A stretch of 64,000 nucleotides of DNA from a virus. Location of the stretch: positions 11,792 through 75,791 of the IMG/VR virus record IMGVR_UViG_3300031721_000685. One strand, written 5' to 3'. Below, piece by piece: positions 54,701 to 64,000 of the stretch (its first letter is position 1; the number at the start of each line of letters is the position of its first letter). The translations under genes were made by a program, and so were the position numbers. Below the pieces are notes generated by a model that was given only the letters and a program-made list of their open reading frames with translations, searched no databases and was not told the origin of the DNA.

Positions 54701-56796
54701 TTAGTGACTGTTGCAGCATTACCTGAAGTTGCTTGATTACCAGCAGTATTGACGCCTGGTAAATTTATGTTTCCAGTACCGTCAAACGAAACACCGCCAA
54801 TTGTTCTCGCAGTCGCAAGTGCAGTTGATGTTGCCGCAAGTGCTATCGCAATATTACCAGTGCCATCAAATGATGTTCCACCAATAGTTCTAGCTGTTGC
54901 AAGTGCAGTTGTTGTTGCAGATAGTGCTACCGCAATATTAGCGGTTCCATCAAAAGAAGTTCCACCGATAGTTCTAGCAGTCGCAAGTGCTGTTGCGGTT
55001 GCAGCATTACCTGTAACCTCACCAGTTAATGTACCAACAAATCCTGTAGCAGTTACTTTACCAGTACTTGGATTGTATGTTAATGTTCCATCAGATTCTA
55101 GTCCAAGATTACCACCATCAACATCGCCACCAGCAGTGAAGATAAGAGCATTACTTTCGTTCGTAGATTCGTTATCTGTTATTGTAACCGTTGTTGCAAG
55201 TGTAGCTAGTGCAACATCAATGTTAGCAGAACCGTCAAATGAGGTTCCACCAATTGTTCTAGCTGTTGTTAAGGTAGCAGCACTTCCTGAAGTATTTTGG
55301 TTACCAGCAGCATTGACGCCGGGTAGATTAATGTTAGCGCTACCATTGAATGATACGCCACCAATAGTCCTAGCTGTTGCGAGTGTAGTTGCTGTTGCAG
55401 CAAGTGCTACCGCAATGTTAGCACTGCCGTTAAATGAGGTTCCACCAATGGTCCTAGCAGTCGTTAGAGTTGCAGCAGAACCAGAAGTATTTTGGTTACC
55501 AGCAGTATTGACGCCGGGTAGATTGATATTTGCAGAACCATTGAATGATACGCCACCGATAGTCCTAGCAGTCTCTAATATGGTAGCAGTTGCAGCATTA
55601 CCTGTGATAGCACTAGAAGTTAATGCGATTGTGCCCGTTGCATTTGGCAATGTGATAGTACGATCAGCAGTTGGGTCTGTGATTGTAAGTGTTGTTTCGT
55701 ATTCATTAGGAGTCGCACCTTCGAATATGATAGCATTTGCTGCATTCATCGTAACAGTGTCAACAGTTGTTGTTGTTCCTGCTACAGCAAGATTTGGTAC
55801 GAGCAGTGTTCCTGTACTTGGATTGTAACGTAATGCGCCCGTATCGTCCAACAATGCATTTGACTCATTGTGGAAGACTACAGGATAATTCGCATTTGTA
55901 GTGCTATCTGTAACTGTAGCAAGAGTTGCGAGAGCAGCAGTTCCGCTTGTGTTTTGATTACCAGCAGCATTAACGCCGGGCAGATCAATATTTGCACTAC
56001 CATCGAATGAAACGCCGCCAATATTTCTAGCTGTAATGCTTAACGTTACAGTACCAGATGCACCACCACCACTCAATCCAGTCCCAGCAGTTACGCCAGT
56101 AATGTCGCCAGCAGTTGCAGGCGCTTCCCATCCAGCTTCGCCGCTGGAGTCTACAGTAAGGACGTAATTATCTGTTGCGGTACTGTCTTTGACTATAAAG
56201 TTGAGTCCAGGAATCCTAAACTTGGTAATGGCTGTGTGGCCTAGCGTAATCTCGTTGGACACACCCACTGCTGATGCTGCCGCATCGTGACCAATGATGA
56301 TGTTATTGCTGCCCGTGGTTAGCGCATCACCGGCGTTCGGGCCGAGAATAACGTTGTCGGCTCCTGTTGTTGCGTTAGCGCCTGCTTGATAGCCAGCAAA
56401 TACGTTATATGTGCCACTAGTTAAATCGTAGCCAGCTTGATAACCTAGAGCAATGTTATGGTGGCCAGTTAGAACGCCTAAGCCAATCGCTTGAAATCCA
56501 ATAGCGACAGTATAATCAGCAGTAGTTGCGTTAAGGCCTGGAGCATAGCCAGCAAATAAGTTGCCAAACCCCGTAGTAACATCTTCGCCAGCTTTGTAAC
56601 CTAAAGCCGTATTTTGATTTGTTGAACCATCATCATTAGTTAGAGCGCCCGTGCCTATACCAATTGTTTTACCGCTTGAATTAGTAATAGCATCAGACAA
56701 ATCGTTAACAGCGCTAGATGCTAGAGTTGTGAAATTTTCGTCTAATTCGGCATAAGTAAGCGCTGAACCTTTTGTTGCTCTAAGTGTAATCGCCAT
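51736..56796 (-). CDS. Long repeat-rich tail fibre with C-terminal intramolecular chaperone (peptidase S74-like)
   Basis: N-terminal LR..KGS.LT..ELD.NF; TARTIGG repeats; about 42-aa Gly-rich N.A.G repeats; SDRRDK..I...GL..I..L.PV.F.W..GFIAQE. Confidence 0.85.
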   Translation of the reverse strand: MAITLRATKGSALTYAELDENFTTLASSAVNDLSDAITNSSGKTIGIGTGALTNDDGSTNQNTALGYKAGEDVTTGFGNLFAGYAPGLNATTADYTVAIGFQAIGLGVLTGHHNIALGYQAGYDLTSGTYNVFAGYQAGANATTGADNVILGPNAGDALTTGSNNIIIGHDAAASAVGVSNEITLGHTAITKFRIPGLNFIVKDSTATDNYVLTVDSSGEAGWEAPATAGDITGVTAGTGLSGGGASGTVTLSITARNIGGVSFDGSANIDLPGVNAAGNQNTSGTAALATLATVTDSTTNANYPVVFHNESNALLDDTGALRYNPSTGTLLVPNLAVAGTTTTVDTVTMNAANAIIFEGATPNEYETTLTITDPTADRTITLPNATGTIALTSSAITGNAATATILETARTIGGVSFNGSANINLPGVNTAGNQNTSGSAATLTTARTIGGTSFNGSANIAVALAATATTLATARTIGGVSFNGSANINLPGVNAAGNQNTSGSAATLTTARTIGGTSFDGSANIDVALATLATTVTITDNESTNESNALIFTAGGDVDGGNLGLESDGTLTYNPSTGKVTATGFVGTLTGEVTGNAATATALATARTIGGTSFDGTANIAVALSATTTALATARTIGGTSFDGTGNIAIALAATSTALATARTIGGVSFDGTGNINLPGVNTAGNQATSGNAATVTNGVYTSRTLTAGTGLTGGGTLGANRTFAIDSTVATLTGSQTLTNKTLTSPSIGTGFTFDSITFTTAQTSAESFADNDTSLMTSAAIDDRINAGTGALAINDLSDAKTLDSGKTIGLGTDALANDDGSDNYNTALGYKAGEDITSGTGGVFVGYEAGLQATTSNYPIAIGYEAIGVGVMTGTDNIAIGRQVGNDLTSGAYNVFQGYRAGYNATTANYTVAIGYSAIGLGVLTGADNIAIGHQAGYDLTSGTYNVFQGYRAGYNATTSNDTIAIGRNAIGLGVLTGDHNIAIGRSAAYDLTSGTHNVFQGYAAGFNATSAHYTIAIGTNAIGLGVLTGNYNIALGRDAGKDLTSGAANIFQGYAAGFNATTATYTVAIGYTAIGLGVLTGSYNIALGRYAGYDLTSGAANIFQGYAAGYNATTADYTIAIGYQTIGLGVLTGDYNIAIGRYAGYDLTSGAHNVFQGYAAGYNATTGSQNVAIGREAIGAGVLTGSDNIALGYLAGANATTAINTVAIGKEAISAGVLTGADNIAIGLVAARNATTATNTVAIGREAIGAGVLTGAGNVAIGSQAGEDLTSGHNNVFAGVLAARNATTANYTVAIGRDAIGLGVLTGDNNIALGFQAGYDLTSGTTNVFQGYQAGANATTGSHNVAIGYGAISAGVLTGSYNIAIGRLAGNDLTDGAHNVFQGYNAGGNVTGGDYNFGVGYSALGLGVLTGTYNIGIGQETGSILTTGSHHILLGYRAGYKLTTTHGNNFQGHSVGINATSAEYNVAIGYTAIGLGVLTGDYNVAIGYQAGYDLTSGAVNVIMGYQAGSNVTTGSNNTILGTNAGDALTTGSNNTLIGHDAAASAVDVSNEITLGDANISAIRAQVTSISALSDRRDKTDIKELPFGLDFINKLNPVQFAWNMRDGAKVGQKETGFIAQELDQAQQDAGIEDVLNLVLKTNPDRLEAAPGKLLPVAIKAIQELSTQIEELKSQIATLTKSL
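52150..54300. repeat. Tandem 126-nt (42-aa) repeats in tail fibre 1
   Basis: Recurring NIAIG..AG.DLTSG..NVFQGY.AG.NATTA.YT.AIG..AIGLGVLTG; boundaries approximate. Confidence 0.85.
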
Positions 56797-56801
56797 TAAA
56801 T

Positions 56802-57044
56802 TTATTCTCCGCTAAGTTCGCCTGTATCGCTAATATATATGCCGACATAACTAGCAAAAGAATTTCCAGCAATACCCGGATTATTTTCAACATAATCACT
56901 GGTCGTATAATTAAATAATTCTTTTTCCGCATCAGTAAGTGGTTCATTAAATATATAACACTGAGCAATCAATGCTTGTTTTGCTGTAGCATCCGTCTCA
57001 GCCGCAATTTGTGCAAGTAGTGATGCGTAATTTGGATTAGCCAC
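56802..57044 (-). CDS. Small hypothetical virion-region protein
   Basis: ORF coupled between the PAAR gene and the fibre gene. Confidence 0.55.
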   Translation of the reverse strand: MANPNYASLLAQIAAETDATAKQALIAQCYIFNEPLTDAEKELFNYTTSDYVENNPGIAGNSFASYVGIYISDTGELSGE

Positions 57045-57354
57045 CGGAGTCGCTACCTACGCCATTTGCGTATACTGTTGTTGAACCTGTAGCAGCGGAA
57101 TTTCCTGGCCAAGTACCATGACCGCCCGTCGGATCAGTTGTTCTATGTACAGCAATATTATTTATAAAAACAGAAGGAGAGCCTCCTGTTGCTGGGTCAC
57201 CACAATAAGTCTTATCTCCAATCCTAACTGCTTTTTCACCATTAACATATACGCTAGACGAACCCTCTTCGTATGATGTCCTATGAAAGGGGTTAGGGCT
57301 TGGAGATGCGTGCCCTATATGGTCATCTACGTTTGTTCTAACTATTCCTGGCAT
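57037..57354 (-). CDS. PAAR-type spike-tip protein (gp5.4-like)
   Basis: D.H.GH, GS.SV.VNG..AVR.GD...CG, GS.SVF.N..VHR..D...GH. Confidence 0.85.
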   Translation of the reverse strand: MPGIVRTNVDDHIGHASPSPNPFHRTSYEEGSSSVYVNGEKAVRIGDKTYCGDPATGGSPSVFINNIAVHRTTDPTGGHGTWPGNSAATGSTTVYANGVGSDSGG

Positions 57355-57382
57355 CGTTTAATAACCCTATATTGCCATTTTT

Positions 57383-57712
57383 CTACCTAGTAATTTCTGG
57401 TGATATTGTAACAATACCTTGTAGAACTCTTGTGACCACGCTTGTTGGAGATACAACTTCAACGTCATAAAGATATCTGCCAGCAGCGATGTTTGCAGTG
57501 TAAGCAGAAGTCATTGAGAGAGTTACCTCACTCGCTGAAGCGTCGATTGCAACTGTAAAATCTTTGCTAGTAGAAGACGTAACACTTTTTCTCATAGCCG
57601 CACGACCAGTGTAACTGGTCAATGTCATTACAGCGCCCGCAGAGTTTGTAGGCGATATAGTGACAGAATAATCTGATCCCTGGTCTATGATAAGGTTAGA
57701 CTTGGTAGCCAT
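57383..57712 (-). CDS. Small virion structural protein (baseplate/fibre-adaptor-like)
   Basis: NL.IDQG.D, L..YT....RK, AGRY.YD.E, RVL.G.VT..P..T. Confidence 0.7.
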   Translation of the reverse strand: MATKSNLIIDQGSDYSVTISPTNSAGAVMTLTSYTGRAAMRKSVTSSTSKDFTVAIDASASEVTLSMTSAYTANIAAGRYLYDVEVVSPTSVVTRVLQGIVTISPEITR

Positions 57713-57765
57713 ATTCTACATACCTTTTCTTTTGTTGTATTTATTAGTCTGTTTTTAGTTAGGGA

Positions 57766-60700
57766 CTAGTTCTCGCCATCGCCATCGCCGTGACTATGAC
57801 CAGAAGCTGACACGGTGCCCTTTGTCTGGGTTATGGTTAATGCACGACCTGAAATACTAACAGATAGCCCCGTCACCACGTTACCGGAACCACTAGTTGC
57901 AACTGATACAGATGTAATACCAGTATCAGTCGGCGTTATCCAAGTAAACGAGCCATCACCATCTGATCTCAAGAACTGTGTAGATGAACCATTACCACTA
58001 ACATTTAACTCGCTTGCTCCAACAGCATCAGCAGCTATCTCGCTTGCACCAACAGCATTAGCAGCTATGTGTTCTGCACCAATTGCATTATCGGCAATCT
58101 TAGTTCCATCAACGATATCAGCGGCAAGATGAACTTTATCAATACTACCATCTACATACTGGTTGCTGTCAACTGAATTAGCAGACATATGAGCAAGATC
58201 AATACTACCGTCCACATACTGATTGCTGTCAACTGAATTAACAGACATATGAACAAGGTCAATACTGCCATCTACATACTGGTTGCTGTCAACTGAATTA
58301 GCAGACATATGAGCAAGGTCAATACTACCGTCTGTGTAATGCTCAGAGTTAATTGCATTATCAGCAATCTTAGCACCAGTTACAGCATCAGCACCAAGTT
58401 TAGCACTAGTTACAGCACTATCAGCAATTCTAGCACTTGCAAGTGTGCCAGATGAAATATTGCTTGCGTTTAATGATGTGAGTGAAGCGCCAGAACCAGC
58501 GAATATTGTCGCTGTTGCTGTGCCTGTAATCGTTACACCGCCAGAAGCAGTAGCGAGTTTAGCATTACCTGCGTTGTAGAGTGTCGCAACACCGGAAGCT
58601 GCTTTGATTGTTGCTCTATTAGTGCCTGCTGTTACAGTATAGATTGTTAGAATACCGTCTTCACTATCAGTTGTTGGGTCTGAGATTAGACCTTGAATGG
58701 AAGCGTAGCTGTGATTTGTACCAGCAGCATTATCAGCCTGAAAGAATATTTGTCCAGTTTCATCATTAGAAGCAGGAGATGCACTATCATTCTTTAGTAT
58801 TAGGTCAGGGCCTTGGGCGCCAGAGTCATTATTATAGACTGTTAATGAACCAGTTGATGGTATGAATGTAAATGCAGTAGCATTACTATCAGTGCCGTCA
58901 CGAATATAGAAGTTACCAGTGTTGATATCAGCGTATAGATGTGAACCATTATGATAGATTTCAGCATCACTGTCGCTACCAAAGCGGAGGCTAAGACCGT
59001 CATCAAACTTCATATAACCACCATCAACTATAAATGAAGTTGAGGATGTTGTAGCACCATCTAATGTAACTGCACCATTAAAGTCTGTTGTATCAGAGAA
59101 TGTTTTGTTGCCTGCGATTGTCTGATTACCGGTAGTATAGACGCCGTTTGTTACAGTGGCAGCATTGCCTGATGTACTTTGGTTACCAGCAGCATTTACG
59201 CCCGGTAGATTTATATTAGCACTACCGTTAAATGATACGCCGCCAATTGTTCTCGCAGTCGCAAGCGTAGTTGCAGTTGCAGCAAGTGCTACAGCAATAT
59301 TAGCACTACCATTAAATGAGGTTCCACCAATTGTTCTAGCAGTTGTTAGCGTAGCAGCACTACCTGTAATACTCCCAGCAATCGTTGATGAGAATGTCTT
59401 AGTTCCAGCAATAGTTTGATTACCAGTCGTTTTAACAGCAGTGGTTGGTAATCTAGCGTCAGCAATAGTGCCAGATGAAATATTGCTTGCGTTTAATGCT
59501 GTGATTGAAGCGCCAGAACCACTAAATGCTCCACTAAACGTTGTTGCGGTCGCTGTGCCTGTAATCGTTACGCCACCAGAAGCAGTAGCGAGTTTAACGC
59601 TACTACCATTATAAAGATATGCAACACCGGAATCTGCTTTGATTGTTGCTCTATTAGTGCCTGCTGTTACAGTATAGATTGTTAGACTACCGTCTTCACT
59701 ATCAGTTGTTGGATCAACAATTCTACCATCAAGATAAGCGTAGCTGTGATTTGTACCAGCAGCATTATCAGCCTGAAAGAATATTTGTCCAACTTCATCA
59801 GTCGCAGCAGGAGATGCACTATTATGCCTTAGTGTTAGTGTTGGTCCATCATCACTAGCATCATTATTCCAGAGTGTTAATGCACCAGTTGTTGGTGCGA
59901 ATGTTAATGCAGTAGCATTACTATCAGTGCCGTCACGAATATAGAAGTTACCAGTGTTGATATCAGCGTATAGATGTGAACCACTATGAAAGATTTCAGT
60001 ATCAGCGCCTGTACCAAGATTGATAGCAACACTATCATTGAACGTTAAATCGCCGGCAGTTTTCACCGCCGCGGCGGTAAGTTGCATGAGAGTGCTATCA
60101 GCGTCAATTGTTGCTTGTGCTACTACTGCTGCACGGTCATCAATAGCGGCAGCGGTCATCAACGATGTATCATTATCAGCGAAAGTCTCAGCGCTTGTTT
60201 GAGCAGTAGTAAACGTAATACCGTCAAAAGTAAAGCCTGTGCCAATAGAAGGTGAAGTAAGTGTTTTATTCGTTAGTGTTTTTGTTGTGCCGCTGAAATA
60301 TGTATCAAGAGTTGTTAGTGCAACTTGCTTCATTGCACCAGCATCGTTGTATACAACTCTATCTGCGCCAGCGGCAGTGATTGAAGACGCAGCAGTACCA
60401 CCATCAACTTTATTCAGTTCTGTAACTGTTGTAGTGAGACTTGTAAGTGTTGTTGCTGTTGCAGCATTGCCTGTAATGTTAGACGAAATTGATGCTGGTA
60501 GTCTAGCGTCAGCAATAGTGCCATCCGAGATATTACTAGCATTTAATGCTGTGAGTGTTGTGCCAATGCCGTGAACATTATCAGCATAAACGTGTGTCCA
60601 ACGAAGGGCGTCCGTGCCAAGAGTTCGTGCAGAATCCGATGATGGAACAACGTCACTATCAACTCTTGCTGTAATCGTAACTGTATCAGAAGTAGCGTTA

Positions 60701-63321
60701 CCGATATCTGTGTTGCCAACAACACTCAATGTTGTAACAATAGAATTATTGACCGTAAAATTACCACTGCCAGCAAAAGTAGCAGTACCATCTACAACTA
60801 AATTGCCAGTAATATCTACATTATCTCCAACAAACAAGTCGCCAGCGATGCCAGCACCACCAGCAACCGTTAGTGCTCCGTTATTATTGGCACTAGAAGC
60901 AGTCGTTGCAGTAACTGCAACTACACCAGCAGAACTAATCGTAACAGCATTAGGATCACTAGCAGAACCTAATGAACCACCGTCTTGGATTGTCAAAGAA
61001 GCAGCAAAGGTAGGCCTAGCAGTAAAGTTAACCACACCACCAGAAGAAATGCTTAATGCATCCAAGTCACTGGCAGAACCGATAAGACCACCATCCTTAA
61101 CAACCAAGTCACCAGCAACTTGCAAGTCACCGATTGAACTTAATGTTGCTTTAGCAGTTGCGCTAGAGGCAGCAGTTTCAGACACGCCTGTTGTAAATAC
61201 TAACTTGGTTGCATTTGCGCTTGCGCTAAATGTTCCTTCAGCAATCGCATGAATACCCGCTGCGACTGTAGCACCATCTGTACCATCTGAGTCCCCAGCG
61301 GCAAATTCTAGCGAAGCAATAACCTCATTTGCTAGAATCTCATCTTCTTCAGATTTCAGTTGAAGAACGATTGGTAGATTATCACCAGCAGTAACATGGG
61401 TTAGTGTAAGTCCAACATTATGGACATGAGCCAATGTGATTTCAGAATTAGTGCCAAACGAAACTACAGCAGCATCAGAAAGGAATCTTAAATCATCACC
61501 GATAGACAAGTCGCCAGCAATACCCGCACCACCAGCAACAGTTAGTGCTCCGTTGTTAACAGCACTAGAAGCAGTCGTTGCAGTAACTGCAACTACACCA
61601 CCAGAGGAGATTGAGATTGCGTCAGTGTCTGAAGCAGAACCAATCGTTCCAGCATTAGGAATAATAATGCTACCACCAGTGGTCATAAGACCAGCACCAG
61701 TGTATGTTCCACTTGCGTTTATGTTCGCATTAACATCTAACAAAGTTGCGTTCAGTTCAATCTCATCGGTAGCATTAATATCTAGAATAGCATTAGTAGG
61801 CGCATTGATAGATTGACTTGCATCGTTGAACTGAATAGCCATTGTGCTATTCAATAGGATACCAGTATTATGAACGTGGGTTAGAGTCACATCACCATCA
61901 GCGCCAAAGGATATTGTAGCAGCGTCATGTTGGAGTTCTAAGTCTTGTGTTAAAGTTACATCACCATCAGCACCGATAGCAATCGCATCTAAGTCTGAAG
62001 CAGAACCAATCGTTCCAGCATCAGGTATAATGATATTACCGCCAGTGGTCATAAGACCAGCGCCAGTGTAAGTTCCACTAGCATTGATATTTGCATTAAC
62101 ATCTAAGAGAGTTGCGTTAAGTTCAATCTCATCAGTAGCATTGATATTCAAAGTAGCATTAGTAGGCGCATTGATAGACTGGCTTGCATCGTTGAACTGA
62201 ATAGCCATTGTGCTATTGAGTAACAGACCAGTGTCAGCAACGTGAGTCAGAGTCACATCACCATCAGCGCCAAATCCTAGAACCGCTGCATCACTAATCA
62301 GTCTAAGGTCATCACCAACGCTTAGGTCAAGCGCAACGCCAGCACCACCAGCAACCGTTAAGGCACCAGTTGTTTTTGAAGTTGATACAGTTGTAGCAGT
62401 AACTGCAACTACACCACCAGAACTAATCGTAACAGCATCAAGGTCACTAGCAGAGCCTAATGAACCACCGTCTTGAATCGTTAGGGAAGCAGCAAAAGTA
62501 GGTCTAGCAGTGAAGTTAACCACACCAGCAGAAGAAATGCTTAATGCATCTAAGTCTGAAGCAGAACCAATAAGACCGCCATCTTTGAGCACTAAATCAC
62601 CAGCGACTTGGAAATCACCAATAGAACTTAGTGTTGCTTTAGCAGTTGCGCTAGAGGCAGCAGTTTCAGACACGCCTGTAGTGAAGACCAATTTAGTCGC
62701 ATTGGAACTAGCAGAGAATGCTCCTTCAGCGATTGCATGAATACCCGCAGCAATCGTTGCACCGTCTGTACCATCTGAGTCGCCAGCAGCAAATTCGAGA
62801 GAAGCAATAACTTCATTAGCCTCAACAACATCTTCTTCTGATTTAAGTTGTAGAACAACAGGAAGATTATCACCAGCAGTAACATGGGTTAGTGTAAGTC
62901 CAACATTATGGACATGGGTCAATGTGATTTCAGAGTTAGTACCAAATGAGACAATTGACCCATCTGATGTAAGATTTAAGTCATCTTTAACTGTTGCATC
63001 GCCGTATACGAATAAGTTGTCGGCCGATGAACCACTACCAATTTGTGTGTTCGAAGTAATGAGAAGAGTTTGCGAGTTTGCAAAACTGGTTGTTACAGTA
63101 CCACCTCTAAGGGCAGTTTTAACGACTAATTCATTAGACGAAAAGATACCGTTAACGTAACTGTTGCCCGTCGTTGTGGACTCATTCGTTAAATTAGCCA
63201 GAGAGACTGCTTTTGCTGTTACTATGATCGTTGACATATCATAGTAAAGTTCGTTTGCTTTACTCAACCAGCCAGCAAAAGTTCCTGTTGTAGAGTTTAC
63301 ATTGGTATATGCTTTGGCCAT
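57766..63321 (-). CDS. Giant repeat-rich tail fibre/structural protein
   Basis: N-terminal TF..W..K.N; Ala/Thr/Gly-rich; large internal duplications; TARTIGG, LTNKTL and DGSID/IADNAI repeats. Confidence 0.8.
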   Translation of the reverse strand: MAKAYTNVNSTTGTFAGWLSKANELYYDMSTIIVTAKAVSLANLTNESTTTGNSYVNGIFSSNELVVKTALRGGTVTTSFANSQTLLITSNTQIGSGSSADNLFVYGDATVKDDLNLTSDGSIVSFGTNSEITLTHVHNVGLTLTHVTAGDNLPVVLQLKSEEDVVEANEVIASLEFAAGDSDGTDGATIAAGIHAIAEGAFSASSNATKLVFTTGVSETAASSATAKATLSSIGDFQVAGDLVLKDGGLIGSASDLDALSISSAGVVNFTARPTFAASLTIQDGGSLGSASDLDAVTISSGGVVAVTATTVSTSKTTGALTVAGGAGVALDLSVGDDLRLISDAAVLGFGADGDVTLTHVADTGLLLNSTMAIQFNDASQSINAPTNATLNINATDEIELNATLLDVNANINASGTYTGAGLMTTGGNIIIPDAGTIGSASDLDAIAIGADGDVTLTQDLELQHDAATISFGADGDVTLTHVHNTGILLNSTMAIQFNDASQSINAPTNAILDINATDEIELNATLLDVNANINASGTYTGAGLMTTGGSIIIPNAGTIGSASDTDAISISSGGVVAVTATTASSAVNNGALTVAGGAGIAGDLSIGDDLRFLSDAAVVSFGTNSEITLAHVHNVGLTLTHVTAGDNLPIVLQLKSEEDEILANEVIASLEFAAGDSDGTDGATVAAGIHAIAEGTFSASANATKLVFTTGVSETAASSATAKATLSSIGDLQVAGDLVVKDGGLIGSASDLDALSISSGGVVNFTARPTFAASLTIQDGGSLGSASDPNAVTISSAGVVAVTATTASSANNNGALTVAGGAGIAGDLFVGDNVDITGNLVVDGTATFAGSGNFTVNNSIVTTLSVVGNTDIGNATSDTVTITARVDSDVVPSSDSARTLGTDALRWTHVYADNVHGIGTTLTALNASNISDGTIADARLPASISSNITGNAATATTLTSLTTTVTELNKVDGGTAASSITAAGADRVVYNDAGAMKQVALTTLDTYFSGTTKTLTNKTLTSPSIGTGFTFDGITFTTAQTSAETFADNDTSLMTAAAIDDRAAVVAQATIDADSTLMQLTAAAVKTAGDLTFNDSVAINLGTGADTEIFHSGSHLYADINTGNFYIRDGTDSNATALTFAPTTGALTLWNNDASDDGPTLTLRHNSASPAATDEVGQIFFQADNAAGTNHSYAYLDGRIVDPTTDSEDGSLTIYTVTAGTNRATIKADSGVAYLYNGSSVKLATASGGVTITGTATATTFSGAFSGSGASITALNASNISSGTIADARLPTTAVKTTGNQTIAGTKTFSSTIAGSITGSAATLTTARTIGGTSFNGSANIAVALAATATTLATARTIGGVSFNGSANINLPGVNAAGNQSTSGNAATVTNGVYTTGNQTIAGNKTFSDTTDFNGAVTLDGATTSSTSFIVDGGYMKFDDGLSLRFGSDSDAEIYHNGSHLYADINTGNFYIRDGTDSNATAFTFIPSTGSLTVYNNDSGAQGPDLILKNDSASPASNDETGQIFFQADNAAGTNHSYASIQGLISDPTTDSEDGILTIYTVTAGTNRATIKAASGVATLYNAGNAKLATASGGVTITGTATATIFAGSGASLTSLNASNISSGTLASARIADSAVTSAKLGADAVTGAKIADNAINSEHYTDGSIDLAHMSANSVDSNQYVDGSIDLVHMSVNSVDSNQYVDGSIDLAHMSANSVDSNQYVDGSIDKVHLAADIVDGTKIADNAIGAEHIAANAVGASEIAADAVGASELNVSGNGSSTQFLRSDGDGSFTWITPTDTGITSVSVATSGSGNVVTGLSVSISGRALTITQTKGTVSASGHSHGDGDGEN
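58139..58333. repeat. 60-nt tandem repeat, about 3.2 copies
   Basis: Near-identical units encoding DGSIDLAHMSANSVDSNQYV. Confidence 0.9.
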
Positions 63322-63330
63322 TCTTTTCTC

Positions 63331-63531
63331 TTACCTATTCTGGTTTTCTACAAGTTTGATGAGAAGGTTTTTGATCTCACTCATTTCATTTTTGATAGAA
63401 TCTACTTCATCCTTCAAATCAAGAATCTTTCTTGATTCTGCTTTACGAGCCTTGTATCTACGCAACCCATCTATATCAGTATTTATAATAGCATTGGATG
63501 TAGCATCTCGAATAAATTTATGTTCTGACAT
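63331..63531 (-). CDS. Small coiled-coil conserved protein
   Basis: RD..SNAIINTD....Y and LK.E...IK.LL pattern found after the large baseplate structural gene in T4-like phages. Confidence 0.75.
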   Translation of the reverse strand: MSEHKFIRDATSNAIINTDIDGLRRYKARKAESRKILDLKDEVDSIKNEMSEIKNLLIKLVENQNR

Positions 63532-63532
63532 T

Positions 63533-64000
63533 TTATGCTAATGCAATCGCACGAAGGTCACGAAGTCTCGGTACTCTATGGAACGAAGCACCTTTAAGCA
63601 CTATCTTGATTGCAAAGTATCTGAAATTTGATGCTTGAAAAGTGCCATCAGTATATTTAAATGCGCCTGAGTTAAGAAAAGCAGAACCGGTCACACCAAC
63701 ACTTGTTGGTAGATTAAAAGCATACTCTTTAAAGTCAAATCGATTTGTATTCTGAGAAATCGGATTTGAAGCTTCACTGCTAAATAATGTCCAAGGCTTT
63801 TGATCTAACGGGTCAGAATCAGACTCTGATAACAACTTAGCATAAACTTCAATCGACGTACCAGCAGGTCTATATGCAGTCAAAAACACTTTCAAATCTT
63901 CAGCATCTAGTGAATCAGCAAGAGATACTACTTTAGTGATATATTTAGAAGAAGCTAATCCTATAGAAGTATCTTCGTCTGTCGAAACATTGTTAATAAT
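63533..64000 (-). CDS. C-terminus of a large virion structural/baseplate protein (partial)
   Basis: Frame is open to the window end: SKYITK.V.L...AEDLKV.LTAYRP..., F..FAIKIVL, VP...DLRAIAL. Confidence 0.75.
   Translation of the reverse strand: MINNVSTDEDTSIGLASSKYITKVVSLADSLDAEDLKVFLTAYRPAGTSIEVYAKLLSESDSDPLDQKPWTLFSSEASNPISQNTNRFDFKEYAFNLPTSVGVTGSAFLNSGAFKYTDGTFQASNFRYFAIKIVLKGASFHRVPRLRDLRAIALA

Noticed and set aside
52150-58333. Periodic repeats as a possible CRISPR array
   Set aside because: The repeats are codon-phased protein repeats without unique spacers, and no cas genes are present.
58440-59995. Duplicated fibre segments as a possible DGR template/variable repeat pair
   Set aside because: Both copies are in-frame within one gene, the differences are not confined to adenines, and no reverse transcriptase is in the window.
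54749-63160. Long plus-strand ORFs opposite the fibre genes (e.g. 54749-55828, 60614-61252)
   Set aside because: These are antisense shadows of Ala/Thr/Gly-rich repetitive coding sequence, with no RBS, promoter or recognisable motifs.
1-64000. Alternative genetic code or prophage/host junction
   Set aside because: Core genes are intact under the standard code with TAA, TAG and TGA all used as stops; no integrase or host housekeeping block is present.

Overview
This window is a 64-kb segment of a large T4-like (Tevenvirinae/Kyanoviridae-style, probably marine, apparently non-cyanobacterial) myophage genome, read almost entirely on the minus strand. Right to left it holds: virion and tail-fibre genes (two giant repeat-rich fibres, PAAR); the neck-packaging-tail-head block (gp13-gp23, gp3); recombination and late-transcription genes (uvsY, uvsW, gp55, gp47, gp46); and the replisome (gp43, gp45, gp44, gp62, regA, uvsX, gp41). 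Auxiliary genes include IscA/HesB, a phosphomannomutase-type HAD, a cytidylyltransferase, Hsp20 and a PiT-like transporter. TATAAATA late promoters and near-consensus sigma70-type promoters are readable throughout. Highlights: (1) The only plus-strand operon (8850-12033) is driven by a late promoter and encodes six envelope-targeted proteins, including pilin-like, chaperone-like and candidate beta-hairpin pore proteins. This is a candidate undescribed phage-encoded surface-fibre/secretion system. (2) A cluster of apparently capsid-packaged enzymes (RNA-ligase-like, ART-like, PD-(D/E)xK nuclease, nucleotidyltransferase-kinase polyprotein) lies at 2155-8088. (3) Head polyproteins have modules bounded by nucleotide-identical repeats that encode putative prohead-protease sites. 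(4) A DNA-hypermodification cluster sits between gp45 and gp43, and some of its enzymes carry the polymerase's clamp-binding tail. (5) There is a late-expressed structured ncRNA candidate and a ROSE-type thermometer before hsp20. All assignments come from motif recognition and synteny by eye; no database searches or folding programs were run.
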